From positions 5,408,001-5,472,000 of the forward strand of contig OZ245006.1 in NCBI GenBank assembly GCA_965223545.1: a stretch of DNA of 64,000 nucleotides. The letters are read 5' to 3'. Positions 25,574 through 34,995 of the stretch are shown piece after piece. The notes below the pieces were generated by a model. That model had not been told where the DNA came from. It searched no databases and saw only the letters and a list, made by a program, of their open reading frames with translations. The stretch comes from Planctomycetota bacterium (GTDB taxonomy: Bacteria; Planctomycetota; UBA1135; UBA2386). Each line of letters opens with the position of its first letter. The stretch's first letter is position 1. Made by a program: the position numbers and the translations under genes.

Positions 25574-27064
25574 CTACTGCACGGTCGCGACCCAGACGTT
25601 GGTCAAGTGGCCGGATCCGGCGGGATCGAGGATCAGGGCCTGCGCTGCGACCGTCTGGCCGACGAGTCGCGGATCGGCGGGAATGGCCACCGTCACGCGC
25701 GCCGGTACGCCTGTGGACGGAACGACCGTGAGCGGAGCCAGCGGCACCAGAGTCCGCAGCTCGAGCCCGAGGCGGCCGAACGGCGTCGCCGTGGTTTGCT
25801 CCGCAACTGCCAGCAAGGGGATGGCGACGCGGAACAGGGGGGCGTAGCCGGGCTCGACGCCGATGCGCAGATCGAGGACGCCGCCGATGCTGGGTGTGCC
25901 GGCGATCTGCACGTGCCGGTGCTGGTTGAACCACGGCCGGACCGGTTGGTTGCCGGTGAACCCTCGTGCGCCGATGAACAGGTCCTGATCGCGATCGCCA
26001 TCGAGGTCGGCCGCCGCGAGATCGGCGGCCAACATGACCGGCGCCAGCATGCGTCCAGTGGCGTCGCGCAACGCACCGGTGCCGTCGTTGATGGCGAGGA
26101 AGGTCGGCGACAGCGGAGTGTTCGTCAGGCCGACGACGTCGGGGTCGCCGTCGAGATCCACGTCGACGGCGATTGCTTTGGCGACGTGGTGGAGCGGCAG
26201 CGTCAGTCGCGCGCTGCAGTCGCTGAACACGCCCGCGCCGTCGTTGCAGAAGAGCGCGTCGCCGAAGAAGCCGCCTCCGCCCACGTACAGGTCCGGATCG
26301 CCGTCGCCGTCGAAGTCGGTGACCACGAGCGAGTAGGCCAGCACCGGCCGTTGCGGCAGCTGCCCGGGGCCGGCGGGAGAGAACTCGGCCCGGCCGGAGT
26401 TGAGGTACAGCGCGACGCCCTGCGGAGCCATCGACGTGCCCGAGTTGGCGAACAGCAGGTCGAGGTCGCCATCGCCGTCGATGTCGCGCGCGGCCACCGC
26501 TTCGGTTTGATCGTCATCGGCGGGCAGACGTGGCGTGGCGTCGCGGAACCGGCCATTGCCGTCGTTGAGGAACAGGAGGTTCTGCGCGTTGCCGGAACGC
26601 GCGAACGCCGCGTCGAGATCACCGTCGCCGTCGAGGTCCGCCAGCGTGACGTCCGACGACAAGCCGAACGGCAGTCGCAGTCCCCCGGACGGAGACAGCC
26701 GACCGGTCCCGTCGTTGAGCAGCAACGCACTTCCGCTGCTCGCCAGGACGACGTCGACATCGCCGTCGCCATCGACGTCGCCATGGTCGAGCGCTGCAAC
26801 GATGCCTCCGGTGAGCGGCGTCTCGAAGCCGGCGGCAAACACACCGTTGCCGTCGTTGAGGCGGACGACCACCGCGTCCGCCGACGCGCTGCCCTCGACC
26901 CACACCGCATCGCCATCGCCGTCGCCATCGAGATCGACGACCGCCACCGCGAAGACCGACGCCGCCGGCACCGGGGATACGCGGTTGGCATACTGGTGAA
27001 ACTGCAGCTGCGCGCCGAGCACCGGCGCAAGCAGCGCGGTCGCGGACAGCACGGACGTTTGCAT
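25574..27064 (-). CDS. Secreted FG-GAP/VCBS repeat protein with recurrent C-terminal domain
   Basis: Seven DxDGDGDxD-type repeats with NDGxGxF; signal peptide; start could be 27076. Confidence 0.85.
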   Translation of the reverse strand: MQTSVLSATALLAPVLGAQLQFHQYANRVSPVPAASVFAVAVVDLDGDGDGDAVWVEGSASADAVVVRLNDGNGVFAAGFETPLTGGIVAALDHGDVDGDGDVDVVLASSGSALLLNDGTGRLSPSGGLRLPFGLSSDVTLADLDGDGDLDAAFARSGNAQNLLFLNDGNGRFRDATPRLPADDDQTEAVAARDIDGDGDLDLLFANSGTSMAPQGVALYLNSGRAEFSPAGPGQLPQRPVLAYSLVVTDFDGDGDPDLYVGGGGFFGDALFCNDGAGVFSDCSARLTLPLHHVAKAIAVDVDLDGDPDVVGLTNTPLSPTFLAINDGTGALRDATGRMLAPVMLAADLAAADLDGDRDQDLFIGARGFTGNQPVRPWFNQHRHVQIAGTPSIGGVLDLRIGVEPGYAPLFRVAIPLLAVAEQTTATPFGRLGLELRTLVPLAPLTVVPSTGVPARVTVAIPADPRLVGQTVAAQALILDPAGSGHLTNVWVATVQ

Positions 27065-27123
27065 CGACAAAAGCATTCGCTTCCTCACTAACGGCAAGTA
27101 CCGAGTCAGGCTCGTTTTTCTCG

Positions 27124-30100
27124 CTACACCTTCCCGCGGGGCAACAAGACTGGAACTACGGCCGCCGGGGGGGCCGGCGGCACGACGAAGGGGGCTGTCG
27201 TGTGGGCGGCATCGAGCGCGCGGAGTCGGAATGTGACCCCCGGAGCCGGTGGCAACAGAAAGTGGCCGTGCACGTCGGTGCGGACTGGTGTGGGCAGCGG
27301 CGTGTCGCTGCGCAGCAACAGCAGGTCCGCGTCGGCGCGTGGGTGACCGGCGGCGTCGTGCACCGAGATGCGCTGCAGCAGTGGTGGTCGCCACTCGACG
27401 GAGTGCTCGATGCGTGCTCCCGGTCCGACCACGATCACTCCGCGAAGCGGGTGTTGGTCGAGCGTGCCGGTTGCCGGATCCTCGAGGTGGATTCGAGCGC
27501 GATACCGCATCGGCGCCAGGGCCGTGAAGGTGTGTCGGCCCGTGGCGTCGAGCGGCGTCGGTTCGGTCGAATGCGTGGTGAGCGGGAGACCCAGACTGGG
27601 ACTCCGCGGTGCGTCGGGGCTTCCCACCAAGCTGACCGATGCGCCCGTCAGCGGGGCACCGTCGCGCGTCACTTGCAAGACGACCACGCCCGGAGCGGCG
27701 GCGTGCGCCGCAAGCGTGGCCACGCGCTCTTGTCCGGCGACCAGCTGGACCGTGGCGACGCCGCGCAGCAGCTCACGCCACCCGAACCCGAGGCTCGTGT
27801 CCGTGCGTCGCCATAGATCGACCTGCCAAGTGCCCGCGGGTGCGCTGAACGGACCGAACGTGCCGCGTGCCCCGACGGCCGCACCGGCCCGGGTCTGATC
27901 TCCGCGCCGCAGGCGAATGCTCACGCCGAGGGCCGCCACGCTCGACGGGATGACTCGCCCGCGGAACGTCGCAGACGCCGGCAGCTGCAGGACGATCTCG
28001 CTGTTCGCCTGCTCGACGACGATGTCGGCCGCCGCCGAGGTGGTGCCGTCTGGCGCCAAGGCGCGCACGGCGATCCGCTCGTGCAGAGCGGCGTGCAGGA
28101 TTGCGTCGCCGAAACGATCCGTGGATGCGGCGTCAAGCTGCAGGGACACGCGGTCGTCGTCGCCGACGACGTGGTGCAGCACGACTCCGCCGGTGCCGGC
28201 GATGGGGGGATCGTCCGGGCACCGCAGCAGGTCGACCCAGCAGCCCGGGCACGGGGTCCCCTCTCGCACGACCCGCACGCGCAGCGGGACGACCGGCTCG
28301 AGCGCGACTGCCACCTCCGCGTCGGAAAAGTCCACCGCCACCGGCACGCGCGGTTGCGCGCGGTACCGGTCGCGGCGCGGGATGACGCTGACGATGAGGT
28401 CGCCTGGGGCAACGCGCTCGGCGATCGCGACGCCCCCGGAGTGCGCGCCGAACTCGCCTCGTTGCCGTCTGACCATTGGCATCCCCGCGGTGCCACTCAG
28501 CTGCCAGGCGAACTCTTCGACCGGTGCGCCCGTGCTGGAGTCGAAGGCGCGAATCGTCAGCGTCGGCAGCGGCTCCCGGCGGGCGACGAGGCGAAGGCCG
28601 GCCGTGCCGAACTCGATGGGCTCGTCGATCCAAAGTGCCGTCAGGCCGCTGCCCTGCGACGGTCGTAGGCGCACCGGCGCCGGCGCGGCGTCCGCCGATG
28701 GCAGCTTGAAGCGACCGTCGGCGCGCGTCCGCACCATTCGATTGCCGGCTTGTAGGAGCGCGTGCGCGACCGGCGCGCCGCCTTCATCGACCAGCTGGCC
28801 GGTGATGAGCCGCGTCGGAGCCGCGGTCAGCTCGCACTTTGCAGGGCGCGTTCCTCCAGCGATGGCGAGCCGCCGCGGCCCGGCCTCGATCCGGTGGCCG
28901 CTGACCGACAGTGGCCAGTCGCCGGGTGGCAGCGGTTGCTCGAGTGCGAACGCACCTTCTCCGTCGCTGCGGCCGCGGACGAAGTGCGAGGCCGCGTTGC
29001 CGCCCAGCACGTCACTGATCCGGACCGATGCCGTGATCGTCGCCTGCAGCGGGCGGCCTTGCAGATCACGCAGCACGCCGCGCACGTGCTGGCCGGGTCG
29101 CATGACGAGGTCACCCAAGTCGACTTCCGTGCCGGGCTGCAGGCCGACGCCGGCCATCGCGCTCAGCAGCATCGACGACCACGTCGCCGCGACGCCGACG
29201 TAGTCGGGATGCTCGACGCGCAGTCCGTAGCGACAGGCGGGGTGCGGCCGAGCGACGAGAGTGAAGCGGCCTTGGTCATCGGTCGTGCCGCGCAGCGGCT
29301 CCGGCGAGGCGAGACCGCCGTAGCGGGCGGCGCCGGCCGAGTCCGGCTGACCACTCAGCGTGATCCCGCAGCCGCTGATCGGCCTGCCGCTCGCGTCGAC
29401 ACACCGGCCCGTGATCGTGGTTGCCAGGAGTTGCGGAGCATGCGGCGGTGGGGGCGGCGTCGGGGTTCGATCCGCGTTCGGTGAGACCGCGGCCGTCGCC
29501 GGGGCCGGGAGATCGGCCGCGTTCGCGGGGGATGGCGGTGGGGGGGCAAGCCAAGACCAGACCTGCCAGCCGGCGAACGCGGTGACGATCAGCGCGATCG
29601 CGGCGGCTGCCGGTACCAGCGGCACGACGCGATGCGGCGTGCTCTCGAGCTGTCGCGCTCGCTGCAGCACGGCCCGGCGCGCGGCTCTCAACGCAGGCCG
29701 TAGCGTGGCGATGGCGAGGCCTGCTGGCAGGGCGTTGCGCAACATGGCGAGCCCGCGCTGCAGCTGGCTGCGCACGGTGCTCGGCGAGCGATGCAGGGCC
29801 GCCGCGATGTCACCGGGTACTTCGGCGTCGACCAAGTAGGGGTAGACGACGTCCCGGTAGCGCGTCGGCAGACCGGTGATCGCCCGCTCGAGTCGCGTGC
29901 GCAGCTCGCGCTGCTCGAGCGCGCTCGGTGGCTGGCTGGCGGCGCTCGGATCGGCGATCTGCACCGCTCCATCCGACGGCGCTTGCCGCCGCGTCCTGGC
30001 GCGTTCGCGCAGCGCGCGCCGCGCACGGTGGACGAGAATGCCGACCAGCCACGGCAACACCGCCCGGCGTTCGTCGAACTGATCGCGGGCTTCGACCAGC

Positions 30101-30267
30101 GTCACAAACGCTTCCTGCACCGCGTCGTCGGCGTCGTCGGAGTCGCGCAACAAGTGCCGCGCGATGCGGTGTAGCTCCGGCGCCACGCGGTCGAACAGCG
30201 CGCCCAGAGCGCGCAAGTCGCCGTGCCGGCGGTAGGCGTGGAACAATTGGTCGAGGTCGGGTGGCAC
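27124..30267 (-). CDS. ECF sigma factor fused to TM helix and carboxypeptidase-regulatory-like (Ig) ectodomain
   Basis: DADDAVQEAF...PWLVGI sigma2; LPTRYRDVV...STVRSQLQRGL sigma4; TM AAAIALIVTAFAGWQVW; repeats GRCVDASGRPI, GQLVDEGGAPV. Confidence 0.85.
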   Translation of the reverse strand: MPPDLDQLFHAYRRHGDLRALGALFDRVAPELHRIARHLLRDSDDADDAVQEAFVTLVEARDQFDERRAVLPWLVGILVHRARRALRERARTRRQAPSDGAVQIADPSAASQPPSALEQRELRTRLERAITGLPTRYRDVVYPYLVDAEVPGDIAAALHRSPSTVRSQLQRGLAMLRNALPAGLAIATLRPALRAARRAVLQRARQLESTPHRVVPLVPAAAAIALIVTAFAGWQVWSWLAPPPPSPANAADLPAPATAAVSPNADRTPTPPPPPHAPQLLATTITGRCVDASGRPISGCGITLSGQPDSAGAARYGGLASPEPLRGTTDDQGRFTLVARPHPACRYGLRVEHPDYVGVAATWSSMLLSAMAGVGLQPGTEVDLGDLVMRPGQHVRGVLRDLQGRPLQATITASVRISDVLGGNAASHFVRGRSDGEGAFALEQPLPPGDWPLSVSGHRIEAGPRRLAIAGGTRPAKCELTAAPTRLITGQLVDEGGAPVAHALLQAGNRMVRTRADGRFKLPSADAAPAPVRLRPSQGSGLTALWIDEPIEFGTAGLRLVARREPLPTLTIRAFDSSTGAPVEEFAWQLSGTAGMPMVRRQRGEFGAHSGGVAIAERVAPGDLIVSVIPRRDRYRAQPRVPVAVDFSDAEVAVALEPVVPLRVRVVREGTPCPGCWVDLLRCPDDPPIAGTGGVVLHHVVGDDDRVSLQLDAASTDRFGDAILHAALHERIAVRALAPDGTTSAAADIVVEQANSEIVLQLPASATFRGRVIPSSVAALGVSIRLRRGDQTRAGAAVGARGTFGPFSAPAGTWQVDLWRRTDTSLGFGWRELLRGVATVQLVAGQERVATLAAHAAAPGVVVLQVTRDGAPLTGASVSLVGSPDAPRSPSLGLPLTTHSTEPTPLDATGRHTFTALAPMRYRARIHLEDPATGTLDQHPLRGVIVVGPGARIEHSVEWRPPLLQRISVHDAAGHPRADADLLLLRSDTPLPTPVRTDVHGHFLLPPAPGVTFRLRALDAAHTTAPFVVPPAPPAAVVPVLLPRGKV

Positions 30268-30380
30268 GTGGCAAGCAGGGTATCTGCAAGGCCGCTGCGT
30301 GCGGGCAGCCGCGGCGTCTCACGAAATCCGGGGTTCCGATCCCCGGGGGCATGTCGGGGCACGTCGAGCGGTTCGTGAAA

Positions 30381-30397
30381 TCAGAATAGCATTCTGA
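30381..30397. promoter_or_regulatory. Probable TetR operator TCAGAAT-AGC-ATTCTGA
   Basis: Perfect 7-3-7 inverted repeat between the divergent ECF and tetR genes. Confidence 0.65.
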
Positions 30398-30440
30398 AAT
30401 ACTGTTCTGCTCCGAGCGCAGATCACCACCTTGGCCACCA

Positions 30441-31094
30441 ATGTCACAACCGCCGCCTCTCAAGCGACCACGGCAGGAGCGCAGCCGCCGCACCATGGAG
30501 CGGGTGCTGGATGCCGCGGAGAAGCTGCTGGAGTCGCGCTCGTTCGAGTCGATTCCCGTCAGCGAGCTGGTGCGTGCGGCCGGCACTTCGGTCGGTGCGT
30601 TCTACACTCGCTTTCGCGACAAGGGAGCGCTGTTGCCCGCGCTCTACGAGCGCTACGACGCATGGGTCTCGGGCCAGGCCAGGCGCATGGCGAGATCGCG
30701 CGCGTGGCAGGGGATGGGCCCGGAGGCCACGGTCTCCTGGGTCGTGCACCAGATGGTGCGGCTGTTGCGTCACCGACCCTACCTCCAGCGCGCCATGGCG
30801 CTGCACGCACGCCAACACCCGGAGAAGATCGACGGCGAGACCCGCGCCCGGCGGCAACGACAGTTCGCCTTCCTCGGCGAGGCGCTGCTGGCGAACCGCG
30901 AACACTGGTGCCACGCCGACCCGGAGCGCGCCGTGCAGACCGCGGTGTTCATGGCCGCCGCGGTTTGCCGCGAGGCGGTTCTGTTTCGCGATGCGCCGCA
31001 CTCGCAGGCCACCGCGATGAGCTACGCGGAGGTCGAGCGCGAGGTTGCCCGCCAAATGCTGGGCTATCTCCGCACTCCCGCCACTACCGAGTGA
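30441..31094 (+). CDS. TetR/AcrR family transcriptional regulator
   Basis: PRQERSRRT...LDAAEKLL...AGTSVGAFYTRFRDK HTH. Confidence 0.92.
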   Translation: MSQPPPLKRPRQERSRRTMERVLDAAEKLLESRSFESIPVSELVRAAGTSVGAFYTRFRDKGALLPALYERYDAWVSGQARRMARSRAWQGMGPEATVSWVVHQMVRLLRHRPYLQRAMALHARQHPEKIDGETRARRQRQFAFLGEALLANREHWCHADPERAVQTAVFMAAAVCREAVLFRDAPHSQATAMSYAEVEREVARQMLGYLRTPATTE

Positions 31095-32590
31095 GGCGGT
31101 GCCTCCCGCTCCGGACCATCGCGCTCTGCATCGTCGCCGTCGTCTTCGCCGGCACTGCGCGTCCCCAGACGGCATCTTCCCGTGCTTCGGCGCTCTCTCT
31201 GGAGTCGACGACCATCCAAAGTGGGGCGGGTCAGTATCGAGCCCAACGAGGCCGGATCGTTGTGCCCGAGAACCGAGCGGCGGAGGAGACACGCGAGATT
31301 CGCCTCGCGTTCATTCGACTGCAGAGCGGTGCGGACCGGCCTGGCCCGCCGTTGTTCTTGCTGCCGGGCGGGCCGGGCAACGCGGCCACTCCGTTGGCGC
31401 GCAGCCCGCTGTGGTCGCGCTATCTCGAGCTCGGCGACGTCGTGCTCATGGACCCACGCGGCACCGGCAGGTCGGAACCGGATCTGCTGTGGAGCTCGGA
31501 CAGCCTCTCACCGGAACTGTTGTTCACCGAACGCGAAACCGCCGTCGCGCACCTTGCCGAGGTCGGCGGCGAGGCTGCGCGTCACTTCGCGACCGAGGGG
31601 TGCGACCTGGCGGGCTACAACACCCGTGAGATGGCGCTGGACATCGATGCTCTGCGACGCGCCCTGGGGTACGAGCAAGTGCACCTGTTCGGCCACAGCT
31701 TTGGCACGCACTTGGGGCTCGAGATCCTGCGGCGGTTTCCGAGCACGGTTGCGCGATTCGTCGCGGTCGGCACGGCTGGCACCGGCGACATGATGAAGCT
31801 GCCAGGCGAGCTGGATGCGAGATTGGCAAGGCTCGCAGCGGTGATCGCTGCCGATCCCGTGGTGGGAGCGGAGATGCCCGACTTTGCCGCGGACGTGCGC
31901 ACGGCGATCGAGCAGTTGCGCGACGAGCCGTTGCTCGTGCCCGTTGTCGACCCGCGCTCGAGGCAACGACGCATCGTCGAGCTGGGGTCGTTCGGCATGC
32001 AGCTGCTACTGCTCGCCGACCTCGGGGACAGCAGCGACCTGCCGGCGTTTCCGCGGCTCGTGGACTCGGTCGGGCGGCGGGATGCGAGCGTGGTCTCGTG
32101 GTTTCTTCAGAAGCGCATGGCCCAGTTCTCGCGGTTGCCGCTCATGATGTTCGCGGTGCGCGGCGCTTCGGGCGCGACGGCGCAGCGCTGGCGGCAAATC
32201 GACCGCGAGGCCGCGCAGAGTCCGTTCGGCAAAGCGCGCTGCTTGTTCTCGCCGGAGCTGGACCGCGCGCTCGGTGTCGCCGACCTCGGCGACGCCTTCC
32301 GTCAGCCGGTGACCAGCGACGTGCCGGCGCTCTTCGTCAGCGGCACGCTCGACGCCCACACGCCACCGGAACAAGCCGAGGCGGTGCGCGCCGGATTCCC
32401 GAACTCGGGTCATCTGATCGTCGAGAACGGTGGACACGAAGACCTGATCCCCGACCCCCAGGTGCAGGCGAGGATCCTCGCGTTCCTCGGTGGTGATGCG
32501 CCCAGCGACGACCGCGTCGCGCGACCGCCGCTGCGGTTTGCCCCGCTCGACGGCAGCCGCAGCGAGGTTTCGCACCCCGCTCTGCGTTAG
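31091..32590 (+). CDS. Secreted alpha/beta hydrolase (TAP-like/S33)
   Basis: GTG overlaps tetR stop; LPGGPG, DPRGTGRS, GHSFG nucleophile, GTLDAHTP, NGGH. Confidence 0.88.
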   Translation: MRRCLPLRTIALCIVAVVFAGTARPQTASSRASALSLESTTIQSGAGQYRAQRGRIVVPENRAAEETREIRLAFIRLQSGADRPGPPLFLLPGGPGNAATPLARSPLWSRYLELGDVVLMDPRGTGRSEPDLLWSSDSLSPELLFTERETAVAHLAEVGGEAARHFATEGCDLAGYNTREMALDIDALRRALGYEQVHLFGHSFGTHLGLEILRRFPSTVARFVAVGTAGTGDMMKLPGELDARLARLAAVIAADPVVGAEMPDFAADVRTAIEQLRDEPLLVPVVDPRSRQRRIVELGSFGMQLLLLADLGDSSDLPAFPRLVDSVGRRDASVVSWFLQKRMAQFSRLPLMMFAVRGASGATAQRWRQIDREAAQSPFGKARCLFSPELDRALGVADLGDAFRQPVTSDVPALFVSGTLDAHTPPEQAEAVRAGFPNSGHLIVENGGHEDLIPDPQVQARILAFLGGDAPSDDRVARPPLRFAPLDGSRSEVSHPALR

Positions 32591-34947
32591 TCGCGTCGCA
32601 CCGCCACCGTGATGCGCGCGGGTCGCCGGTTTGCCGTGTCGGCGACCGTGATGAAGCCGGTGGAAGGCACTGCGCCGTCGCCGCGCACGGTGTAGCAGTA
32701 CCGCCCGGCTCGGATGCTCTGCAGCGCGACGGTTCCATCTTGGATCAGGGCGCGATGGCAACCGGACAAGCCATCCCACTCCGATGCGGGCACGCCGTCC
32801 GCGGTGCTGGCGTCGATCAGGAGCAGAACTCCATGCGCGATGGGCGTTCCGTCGTCGTCGTCGATCCGCAGCTCGAGACTGTCGTTGTGGAGCTCGAGCT
32901 CCTTCTGCAGCGGTGGACCGCTGCGCACCTCGATGCTCTCGGTGTGCAGGACGCCTCGCGGTGTGCCCACCGTCAGGGTGTACTCGCCCAACGCAAGCGG
33001 TCCGAGGTGGAAGTTGCCGTCTGCGTCGGGGACCGCCCGGACGGGATACGGCGCCCGACGGGGGTCGTGCACCGAGACCTCGATTCCATCGGGCGATGTG
33101 CCGCCGATGCGGACGCGGCCGATGATCGCGCCAGTGGCTGCGTTGTTGGTGGCGTCGCGCGCCCGTCCGATGGCGTCGGTCTCGAGGTCGAAGTCGCGCT
33201 CTTGCTCCGCCGCGAGTGCCAGAAGCACGTTGTCGTCGACCGACGATGCGTAACCGTCGGCGGTGACCACGATCGTGCAGCGCCCGGCATGGGCAGTGCT
33301 GAGCTCGAAGTGGCCGTTGCGATCGGTGTGGGTGCGCGCGATGCGCGCTCCGCGATGATCCAGTGCGTCGTCTTCGATGAACCCGCGGCGGAAGTCGCGC
33401 TGGCCCGGCCGATCGGAGGGACGCGGCTGATACACGTCGAGCCGCGCGTGCGAGATCGGTGTGCCGGAGTGGCGGTTGACGACGCGCCCGCGAAGGACGG
33501 CGCCGCGCTGCAACGCGACGGTGATCGGTCGCGGATGCATGCCGGGTCGGACCTCGACGGGGCCAAATGCGAGCGGGATGTATCCCGGTGCGTTGACGTC
33601 GAGAACGTGCGGTCCCGCGGCCAGTCCCTTTGCGGTGAAGCGTCCGGCCTCGCGGCGACGAGGAGCGGGCAGCGATCGAGGCACCGCGTTGGCATCGATG
33701 GTCGCGGCGCGGCGTGCGTGCAGGCCAAAGCTCTCGATCGGCGCGCCGGTGTGGGCATCGACCACTGTGCCGGTCAGGGGCTGGCGGGCGGTGAGTGCAA
33801 TTCGGAGTCCCGATGGGTGGGGTAGCCGGACCGGGTCGATCGTCGCCGGTGAGTGTTCGGCATGGTTTGCGTCCAGACGCAGAGTGCCGTGCGGCAGTCC
33901 GTCGAAGCGAAAGTTGCCCTCCGCGTCCGTGAGTGCGACGACCGTGCCGAGTGCCGTGCTGCGGTCCGATCGAGTGCCGGGTGCGTGTGAGGGGTCGTGT
34001 GCGCTTGCGGCGCGCGCCAGAGTGTCGTGGTGCGAGGTCGTCACCTCGATCGAGGCCCCCGCCACCGGCTTCCCGTGGTCGTCCACGACCACGCCGGTGA
34101 GGGGCAAGCCCGGGCTCAGGGCGATGCGGCCGCACTCGACGACGGTGCTCGGCGCCATCTTCAGGGCGTCGCTTCGACCCGGGAGATGGCTGGCGGCCAC
34201 GGCGACGATCCGAAAGACGCCGCGGGGAATGCCGGCCAGCGCGAACCGACCGGATGCGTCCGTTGTGGTCTCGAGCGCGTGCCCAGCGGTTCCGTCCATC
34301 GACCCCGCCGGTCCGAGGCTGGTCTCGGCGCGGACGGTTGCACCCGCGAGCGGCGCGCCGCCTCTGCCGACGACGCGACCACTTGCCAGGCCGCCCGCGG
34401 TGACGACCAGGTCGGGGAGGTGGAGGGTGGCAGCCGACCCATTGCGATGGTGGCGCAACAGCGCCAGTCCGTGCTGGGGGTGGCGGGCGGTGACCGTCAG
34501 CAAGTCGCCCTCGGCCAACCGCATCGAACCTGCCCAATCTCCGTCGAGGCCGCTCGTCGCGGTTGCGGCTGCGCCGCGGTGGCGCGCTCCCGCCGACACG
34601 GTGAAGGTCAGGGCCGCGCCCGGCACCGGGTCGCCGGTTTGGTCGACGACCCGCCCGCGCAACGCGACCGCGGTCGGCTCCGGCGCCGGAGCTGCGACGC
34701 CGGTTTCGGCTGGCTCCGCGGTGGCGAGCCACCGGCGGTGGCCCGCCTCGGGGGCGGCGCTACGGCTGGCGTCCTGCGCCGAGGGCGTCGAGCGCATGGC
34801 GTGTCCATCGCCGGCGCGAACCCCGGTGGGCTCGAACGCTGACCCCGCGGGCGCCGTCCGGTCGTCGAGGCGGAGCACCAGCACGGCGGCGAGCGCCAGT
34901 GAAAGCGCGGCGATCGACAACAGCACGGACCGCGGGTGGGTGATCAT
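32587..34947 (-). CDS. Membrane-anchored carboxypeptidase-regulatory-like repeat protein
   Basis: N-terminal hydrophobic anchor; repeated GRVVDxxGxPVxGA...TDxxGxF Ig-like units. Confidence 0.8.
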   Translation of the reverse strand: MITHPRSVLLSIAALSLALAAVLVLRLDDRTAPAGSAFEPTGVRAGDGHAMRSTPSAQDASRSAAPEAGHRRWLATAEPAETGVAAPAPEPTAVALRGRVVDQTGDPVPGAALTFTVSAGARHRGAAATATSGLDGDWAGSMRLAEGDLLTVTARHPQHGLALLRHHRNGSAATLHLPDLVVTAGGLASGRVVGRGGAPLAGATVRAETSLGPAGSMDGTAGHALETTTDASGRFALAGIPRGVFRIVAVAASHLPGRSDALKMAPSTVVECGRIALSPGLPLTGVVVDDHGKPVAGASIEVTTSHHDTLARAASAHDPSHAPGTRSDRSTALGTVVALTDAEGNFRFDGLPHGTLRLDANHAEHSPATIDPVRLPHPSGLRIALTARQPLTGTVVDAHTGAPIESFGLHARRAATIDANAVPRSLPAPRRREAGRFTAKGLAAGPHVLDVNAPGYIPLAFGPVEVRPGMHPRPITVALQRGAVLRGRVVNRHSGTPISHARLDVYQPRPSDRPGQRDFRRGFIEDDALDHRGARIARTHTDRNGHFELSTAHAGRCTIVVTADGYASSVDDNVLLALAAEQERDFDLETDAIGRARDATNNAATGAIIGRVRIGGTSPDGIEVSVHDPRRAPYPVRAVPDADGNFHLGPLALGEYTLTVGTPRGVLHTESIEVRSGPPLQKELELHNDSLELRIDDDDGTPIAHGVLLLIDASTADGVPASEWDGLSGCHRALIQDGTVALQSIRAGRYCYTVRGDGAVPSTGFITVADTANRRPARITVAVRRD

Positions 34948-34995
34948 CGATGGTGTCCAGGAAGAGGGGGTGGGAGCGCAAGGAGGCCGAGCCGA

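Noticed and set aside
30431..31090. Apparent N-terminal extensions or fusions (719-aa hydrolase, 770-aa MarR, 540-aa LpxA, 927-aa CocE ORFs)
   Set aside because: Stop-free read-through across neighbouring genes in other frames; better internal starts exist.
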